From Octopus vulgaris (taxonomy: Eukaryota): a DNA stretch of 64,000 nucleotides. Location of the stretch: assembly GCA_951406725.2 (NCBI GenBank), contig OX597818.1:109988001-110052000 (forward strand). Reading direction: 5' to 3'. Position 1 is the first letter of the stretch. Each line of letters opens with the position of its first letter. The notes under the pieces are model-generated. The model saw only the letters and a program-made list of their open reading frames with translations. It did no database searches and was not told the origin of the DNA. Below, piece by piece: positions 54,608 through 64,000 of this stretch. A program made the translations under genes and the position numbers.

Positions 54608-55354
54608 CACACACACATACACACACGCACACACATACGCACACACACACACACACGCATACACATATATATACGTATACATATATATATATATACGCGC
54701 ACGCGTGTGTATATTGTATGTTTTTGAAAAAAACTTGTCCTCTTTTTTCTTATTCTTATTCATTCTTTGATATGCGTGTGTGTGTGCGTGTGTGTGTGTG
54801 TAGATGTATGTATGTATACGCACAAACATATGCAGATAGATAGACAGACAGACAGATAGGCAGGCAGACAGACAGATAAATAGACGGTGTCGGAGAAAGC
54901 GACGTGTATATTTAGATAAGGGAAAGCAAGAAAAAGAGGGAACGAGAAATAAGACGAGTAGGGAGACAGCAATAAAACGCTGTCATATATTTAGAAGTGA
55001 CGAATTTCTACACAAACACGATGTAATGTCTTATTGACTGCAGGCAACAGACTACGGAAAATATGAAAGGCAGGTCGGCTAGGCCATGAGGGAATTGTAC
55101 AAGATAAAAATTAGTGCTACATGAGATGACTGGACGTAAAAATCCTCTTTAAATATACATTCACACCTATGGAACCATTTGAATATGTTATAACATTTAT
55201 ATAAGCTAAAGGAACGGACATCGACATTCAGATTTAGATGTTTTGGCGCATGTATAAATATACAGACACACATAGGTACATGATAATATACATACACAAG
55301 GATACGCACCCTTACGTACATACACTTATTTGTGTTTGGACATGCAAATGAATC

Positions 55355-55423
<69 letters not shown>

Positions 55424-55688
55424 CATGGTCGTATTAAGAAAATATATATTTGAAATCTTTCTTTTCGTACACACATATACAAACATACCTGCATACATAA
55501 AGCATACATACAAGCATACATACATGCATTCATACATACATATATACATACATGTAAGCATGCATATATACATACATTTAAGCATGCATATATATTATAT
55601 ATGTATATATATATATATGATATAATTACAGTTATACGCATATGTATATTGAAATATATATATATACATAAATGTAACTATATATTTA

Positions 55689-55724
<36 letters not shown>

Positions 55725-55745
55725 AATGTAACTATATATTTATGC

Positions 55746-55776
<31 letters not shown>

Positions 55777-55847
55777 ATATATGTATGTATGTATATTTAT
55801 ATATATATATATATATGTATATGTATATTTATATATATGTGTGTATA

Positions 55848-55906
<59 letters not shown>

Positions 55907-56385
55907 ACATATATATATACATATATGTATATATTCATACATGTGTATAAATATGAATATTGTCTCTCCACTCTGTATTTATATTTTTCCGTGGAGGAAA
56001 TCAATAGAGAAGACACTATCTATAACCAATAATCTCTCTTCCATTATCGGAATATATTCTTCGATCGTATATTTGTTTCCAAGCTTTACACAAATAACAA
56101 GCACTGCTTTTGTTTTTTAAACATTGTTTTTTTTTTGGTTTATTTTTGGTTTTTCTTCCTACATTCAATCCAATTTGCTCTCGTCTCTCTCTCTCTCTCT
56201 TTTTTTTTTTTTGAAAATATCTGTAGTAATTTGATTAAATCATTCTACTATATTTATGAAATTTTATTATTATGCGTTAGATTTATTAGGAAGGTTGCTG
56301 TGGCGGATATTGTATTCTACTTTCTTCTTGCCTTTTTTCTTTGTTAGTGAAGTCTTAGCATTTCCTTTCTGTTCCCGTATCTTGT

Positions 56386-56712
56386 GAAGGTGCGTGGCTT
56401 AGTGGTTAGGGCATTTGGTTTATGAGCGTAAGGTCGTGGTCTCATTTCCCTTCGGCGCGTTGTATCCTTGAGCAGGACCCTTTTTTTTATATTTTGCGTT
56501 GCTCCAGTCTACTCAGCTGGCAAAAATTAACTGTACATGTATTGCAAAGGCCAACATTGTTACATTCTGTCGCACGCTGGACCTCCCTGACATCTATGGT
56601 AAGGATACGCGTGTCCGTGGCGTACTCAACCACGCGCACGCTTACTTCACGAGCAAGCTGTTCCGTTGATCGAATCAACTGGAACATTCATCGTCGTAAC
56701 CGATGGGGTACC
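56386..56712 (+). mobile_element. SINE family C
   Basis: Homology to 9064-9593. Confidence 0.85.
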
Positions 56713-57231
56713 GGTAAAATGTATAAGACACAGAATGTCGCAAAGGTTGAACATAAGGATGTTTAACTACATAAGTACAGAAAAAGAGTTTTTAAAGGGC
56801 CAAAGAAAGAAAAAAAGGAAAAGACAAAGAACAGAAGGCGGAATGCTTGCTAACCCTTTACCCGCTTCGCATTTTCAGTTTTGTCACCGGAACCATATTG
56901 TCAAAATCCATTTCAAAGACAGTTTTCAAAAGCTTTGTTCAACTATTCGTAAAACGGTTCCACAATGTGGGAACGGTCGCTGTACTGTGCCCATGGCTAA
57001 CACATAACTGTTAATAACCAAGTCTACTTGTAAGAAAGTAACAATTTGTGATATCGTTCAATACATAAAGTTTATAGTCAGGCAGGGCCGTCGCTAAGCC
57101 ACTGCAGCCCTTGCGGTTGCAGGGGGCCACTGCGGCGGTTGAGGGGACCCATGTTAAGATCAAAGTATGGAGATGAGTCATCTATTCACTTTGGTTAAGA
57201 TGTTGAACAAGAATTAAACTATCTACGTTAA

Positions 57232-57530
57232 CATGGCCTCGTGGTTAAAGCAGTGGAGTCGCGGTCGATGGATTGTGGGTTCGAATCTCAGACCGGGTGA
57301 TGTGTATGCTTATGAGCGAAAGACCTAAGCTCCACGCGGCTCCGGCTGAAGGTAACGGCAAACTTCTGCTGCTTCTTTTGCCACAACTCTCTCTCTCACT
57401 CTTTCCTCCTGCATCTTGCAGCTCATCTGCAACAGACCGGTGTCTCGTCCAGGTAGGGAACCTATATGCCAAGGAAACCGGGAAACTGGCCCTATGAGCC
57501 AGGCATGGCTCGAAATAGGAACTAACAAAC
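57232..57530 (+). mobile_element. SINE family E
   Basis: Homology to 30228-30530. Confidence 0.88.
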
Positions 57531-58147
57531 AAAATGATAACTAAAAATTTCAAGAAATAAAATGGTAATACATTGTACCTGCAAAAGTTCTCGTAAAAAT
57601 ATTACATTGTACCATGAACGTGTACCAGACTTGGGCCATGAGGGAATTGTACAGGATAAAAATTAGTATTATATGAGATGGCTGACGGTAAACATCCTCT
57701 TTAAATATACATTCACACCTATAGAGCCATTTGAATATGTAATAATATTTATATTAGCTTAAGGAACGGACATCAACATTTAGACGTAGATGTTTTGGTG
57801 CATGTATAAATATATAGACACACATAGGTACATGATATCTATTGAACACAAACTTAGCTCTCAGCTTGACTATTTTTAACTGATCGATGATTTTATGAAG
57901 CGAAAAGTGCACCGTGTTTGTCTTTGAAAGTTGCCTGGATTATAAAAGTGCTCTTTTATTCATATCTGGAAGTTGTCATTGAAATTTGTTATAGACCTAT
58001 ATAAATTTAACTTGTACTTTTAAAGATGTTCTTTAGGATAACGTGAAGCTAGAATAAGATAAAATATAGCTATGGATAAAAGGTAAGTAGATTATGAATT
58101 TTCATTGAAGGGATAAGGCCTCGAAACAAGTAAGAGATAAAAGACAC

Positions 58148-58896
<749 letters not shown>

Positions 58897-59551
58897 CATT
58901 AACAGAAAGACATTTAGTTCGACGGTGTATTCAAATTTACTCATTTACGCATTAGATAAATACTAATTCATTTGTTCGTAATATATTTAACCTAATTAAT
59001 GACATGGGTTCTTGATTTCAAATCAGTTGAATTTAATTCCACTTCTGTGTATTCAAAACAAAGTATTACTTCGTTAGATATCTCGATTTCACATTGAATA
59101 GATCCGCCTGTCTCCTCTAGTGATTATAACATACAAATTCGTGTTGAACGACATCTGAACGCTATTTCTAAACGCATTCAATACACTCGTTCATTCACTC
59201 AATCATTTATTTACTCCGTGCTAAGGTTGCGTTATGGAAACGTCGATGTATATTTCACATCTCTCAGCTCGTAGTAAATGGTGTTTCAAGTTTATTATGT
59301 AAATGATAAAGCAGAATATGTGAATAAGTGCTGAAAATTTCACGTTAAAAGATATATTACACTCACTCAGTTGCATCAGTAAACATTTATGTTACTTGAC
59401 GTAAGAATATGCCTGAGGTCAGGAAATATGAGGTACGTTAACGTTGATACATTAGCTTATACATACATACATACATACATACATACATACATACATACAT
59501 ACATACATACATACATACATGCATGCATACATACATACATACATATATACA

Positions 59552-59583
<32 letters not shown>

Positions 59584-59836
59584 CATACATAGAAACACAG
59601 GCACATTTATGTATATATTTATATATATATATGTGTGTGTGTGTATTCATATGCATGTATATGTATATTCATAAACACACACACGCTCAAATACATATAT
59701 GTATATAACTGTCTCAGTAATAATAAACTTACGAGATATTGGAAAAGCAGATATTTTCATGAAAATAGAGGCAGAAGAAATATTCTACCTCGAATTAAAT
59801 GGAATTAAATGAGAAGGAAATATGATGATGTTGAAA

Positions 59837-59897
<61 letters not shown>

Positions 59898-62250
59898 TGC
59901 TGGAAGAAACACTAATACAGAGAACAGAGTAGCAGAGGAAAATCGGTGGCAAAGACAAAGTTTTTCTAAATCGAGACATTTTGGAATCTCACTGTATTTG
60001 TGTAGTTATTGTTCGGAAACATTTGGTTTTTCAGTTCTAGATTAAGTGCTTATCGGAGTGTTTGTATTTTTCAGACTTCTTTGATCAGAGTTGTTTTTTA
60101 ACATCTTTATAATTCAGAAGTTTGATATATACGTTGCGTGGAGGGAAATGTTTCGGTAGGTTTCGAGAAATATTAACAATAGGCTTGCAAATTATATAAG
60201 CTTAACATATGTCAAATAAATACGTTGGTTATGTTATATTTTTAATGTGCAGCGCCTTCTACCGAATACTTTATTGTAGTGGTTGGATTGTTTTTGAAAA
60301 CATTCATTCGCAGCGAAGGAAGTTTGCTTAAGGATATACATCAAACAAAAATTTTAATAACATAATTACTGTGATTAAATCATTTATGAATGCACTGAAA
60401 CCCATCAGTTTGTGAGATTAATACGAGAGTGGCCTGATTAAATGCGGCATCAAGAACACTGACGATGTATAAACGACATTCAACCGTAATTGAGAAACCA
60501 TTTCAAGTTCGGAATATTTCAGTGGTTTCAGATTAAAATTATGTAATAATTAGAGATAATCATCTAATCATAATAACTAGCCTTGATTATCTTGTAGCTA
60601 TAGGGGAGAATTTAACATGTAATTTATTTCCAATGTATAATTCCACTTTAATGCTGACCTTGGCTGATTCCTTTGAGCTGATTCTAACGTCAAAGGGAAA
60701 ATTATTTTATTTCATTTGTGTTCTTAATAGATGTGTTTTATTGCTCTTGATTAAGTGCAGCTGTCGGAGTAATTGCAGAATAATAATTCTTTTGTGTTGA
60801 AAGCAAAACCGATTATATTCTGGGCTGTACTAAACTTCTTTATCACTGAATTTCTACTTTTCCAAAAAGAGGGAGATGTGACCGAAGATTCACTTCGGAA
60901 TGGTAAAATCTAATATAGTTTTACAATTGATACCTATGTCTGTTTGTGTAAACGATTGGAAGGTGGCAGGTACAGTTTAGTTCATGATCTTTAAATGTGA
61001 AGTATGTGTTTTGTGTTGCAAGCATTTGAACACTATCATCTGTATAGTTCACAGACAGTTTTTTAGTACTTTTATGAATACCGTTTACATCGAAATAGTT
61101 ATTGTCTCTTGGATAAAGATTATTACTCAAACCACAGAGAAAACATTGCAAAGTTTGTTGATCGTACGTTTTCTTTTTCATATTCTCTCAATTGATGGAA
61201 AAAACAAACATCGTTGTTTGTTATTAACATTTAATCTTCTTCCTAAGTTCCTTCAAAAGAGGCTTAATATATTTTTTTGAACTAGATGTATTTGAACAGA
61301 AAGAATAAATCCTTCCAAAATGGTTGGAATAAATTGTTAGGAAGACGTCATTTTATTACTTGCAAACCAAATTTAGTTTTTATTTTGTCCTCAATTTTTT
61401 TGAAGCAGTAAAAGTTTCATCCTTTACACTAGGTAAATCTTTTGCTTTATATGATAACCTTTTAAGTAGACTTTATTTGAGGGCAACGGCATACTTAAGA
61501 TATACGCATCTGCTTTCCGTTGGATCCTTCATATCGCATTTTTTGTTTAGAATGGTTACTACCATAAAGGGGAATTTATCAATATTGGCGATTTTATTCA
61601 TATATTAATACGAAGGAAAACGTTAACAACTATAGACACCAATACATGGGATAGAATTAGATGTTTATTTTACAAAGTAACAGTTAATTTCAAAACCGTG
61701 GTGCCAAAACTTGATGTGTGACATTTATCAATAAGTTAGAGATGTTTATGATGAGAGTTCAAGCAACGGGACGGGGAGCGAGGAATTATCGATAATCAGA
61801 AGGAACCAATCGAAATTTATATAAGAATCACTAGATTAACAATTTCCAAAGAGATTAATATTTAAACTATATGATTTTATACGTATTGTAAATGAAAAGA
61901 ATAAAGTTCGATCAGACGGAAAACAATTACTGTCCGTGAAATAATTGACACAAACTGTATTGTCACATAGAGAGGAGTTTTCTCCTTTAGTAGAGAATAT
62001 TTTAATAAATATTAAATTGTCACTTCGAATGTATATTATGGGAAATATATATATATACATACATACATACATACATACATGTTTTGTCAGCAGAGTTTCG
62101 TTCAGGAATTTTTTTATTAATAAAATTAACTGACCTTGAGGTTTTCCTCCATCTAGTTGTTCAGTGGTTGAGTGCATCCAGCCATTTCAGTCTGAGAGGT
62201 CACCTATAAAGCTATATTCTTCGATGAGCCATTACGGACAACCTTCTAAA

Positions 62251-62343
<93 letters not shown>

Positions 62344-62899
62344 TCATTTCTTTTTTTAATTTAGATCCCTAGACGCATGCGCGCACGCATGAGCACACAC
62401 ATAAATACGGACCGATGATGATTGGCCCTTTACCGTTTTTCAAAACGAGCCCCTCTCCAAACAACTGAATTCCATACTCATTAAAATACTGTGTATGTGT
62501 TTGAGTATTCCACAGTCACTTAAACTCTTAACGTATCACACAGGGCGAATCAGTATCATACAATAAATCGCAACAGCGGAAATTTGTTTTGCTAAGAAAA
62601 ATTCCTCTGGTTATCTTTGCCAAAATTTACAACTCTACATTTTCCCTGAAACAGGTTTCAGGATCCGAAGGTATGGTAAAAGACACTTGTATGAGATACC
62701 ACACGGATAAATCGAACGTGGAACTGCATGATTCTAAAGAAAACTTCTTAATATTTAAGCTTCCTTTACGTGAATATATATATTCACACACAGAGATCAA
62801 ATACACACACACACACACACACACACACTTGTATATATATATATATATATATATATAAATGTGTGTGTGTGTGTGTGTATGTTTGTTCAGTTTTATTTC

Positions 62900-64000
62900 A
62901 AGATTTCTTGCCAATAGAGAAAGAGCCGGTTTCTAACCTAGATTCAAGTCTCCTTCATTGGAATTTCAACATCAACAACAGGTTGTTTTTGTTTCTATGT
63001 ATGTATTTATGTAAATATGTATGTATGTATACGTGCAGATTTGTATGTTTCGCTTTATGTATGCATTCTCATGCATATAGTTACATATCTAGACATTCTG
63101 GGAAGTTTTACAGATTTTTACAGTTCCAATGATGGATTGGATCTGTAGTTTTTCGAATTAGCTTTCTCCTTTCTGGTTTTGAGAGGCCTAATTCCTCAAG
63201 ATTCGTATTTAATTAGTGCGTTACATATCCCAGTACCCCAATAATTACAGGTATAAACCTGAACTTGTAATCTAGATAGAGTAACTGCAGATTTCTCAAT
63301 AGTTCAGCATAGGAGTTCTCTTTTTCACTGATCTTCAGCTTTATATTAACATCCACTGGGCAGCTAATTTCCACAACAGTGCACAGTTTCTCTTCTCTAT
63401 CCCAAATCATTATATCAGGTCTCTTGTGCTTACATTTTATTGAGGTCGTCACAGGGACATTCTACCAGCCCTCCTTTTATTATGAGTGGCTATGACTTCT
63501 ACCATATTGTGGATTTTTATTTCTTTGTCCTAAGGATTATCCTTCCGCCAGATTTCATTATAGAGTGTCCTAGCTACAGCATCATGTCTCATCGGTAGAT
63601 AATACCGTGATGACATTTTCGGACAACTGCTTATGATGCGGGTGATATCTTCAGTGTGAACTCAACAAATTCTGCATCGGTTGTCACATTTTACTGCTTT
63701 TCCTGCATCTCTATCCCTTTTGTGCATTAAGTACTTGGTTGATATCTCCTGTTCCTGGATTGCAAACGCATACCCTTCTAAGTGGGAGGTAGTAATCCAG
63801 CTATTTGTCCATGATAAACTGCTTTGATGATCGATCTTACTATCACCACAGAGATTTCTAGTAACATATCCATGCATAGTCTTTTGCTCATATAGGTTCA
63901 TCCTTTCCTCTGATGATATGTTGCAGTAGAGTCGTGTGACTTCTTTGGGCATGTATTCTAGGTTATCAGACAAAGAGTGTTGCTCAAGGAGCTGCCTTCC
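62900..64000 (-). mobile_element. RLE-type (R4/Dong-like) LINE C-terminus plus 3' UTR, running off the window
   Basis: HGY...EGYAFAIQEQEISTKY...CRIC...ISSCPKMS..YYLPMRHDAVA...KHKRPDIMIWD...VVEISCP..NI..K..EKENSY..L...FIPVIIGVLG. Confidence 0.92.

Larger units (their letters stand above)
55082..57836 (+). repeat. Diverged ~200-bp direct repeat pair (55082-55284 and 57634-57836)
   Basis: ggccatgagggaattgtacaRgataaaaattagt...gacacacataggtacatgata occurs at both sites. Confidence 0.85.

Noticed and set aside
57082-57150. GC-rich cagggccgtcgc... resembling a hAT terminus
   Set aside because: No matching opposite TIR or TSD was found.
60900-61560. Possible decayed RT (YTDD in a minus-strand ORF)
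   Set aside because: Only a single short motif; the other RT blocks are not convincingly recoverable.

Overview
AT-rich, microsatellite-saturated eukaryotic non-coding DNA. The SINE, LINE and microsatellite repertoire strongly suggests an Octopus/coleoid genome (inference). I cannot support any intact host gene, and nearly all ORF-track entries are microsatellite read-throughs. The window is a mosaic of several tRNA-derived SINE families, decayed R4/Dong-type, RTE, CR1 and Tx1-like LINE pieces, mariner relics, two non-autonomous Helitrons and Penelope-like (PLE) derivatives. The main signal is a high density of minimal type I hammerhead ribozymes (HHRs), read by eye: about 10 well-formed and about 7 decayed copies in 64 kb. 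They sit in several unrelated small elements, most of them inserted in (TA)n. These include a ~560-bp circularly permuted retrozyme-like monomer family, a tRNA-headed (Pol III-like) element carrying a hammerhead, and a PLE 3' end with inverted ribozyme-bearing pseudo-LTRs. Coordinates were counted by hand and element ends are approximate.
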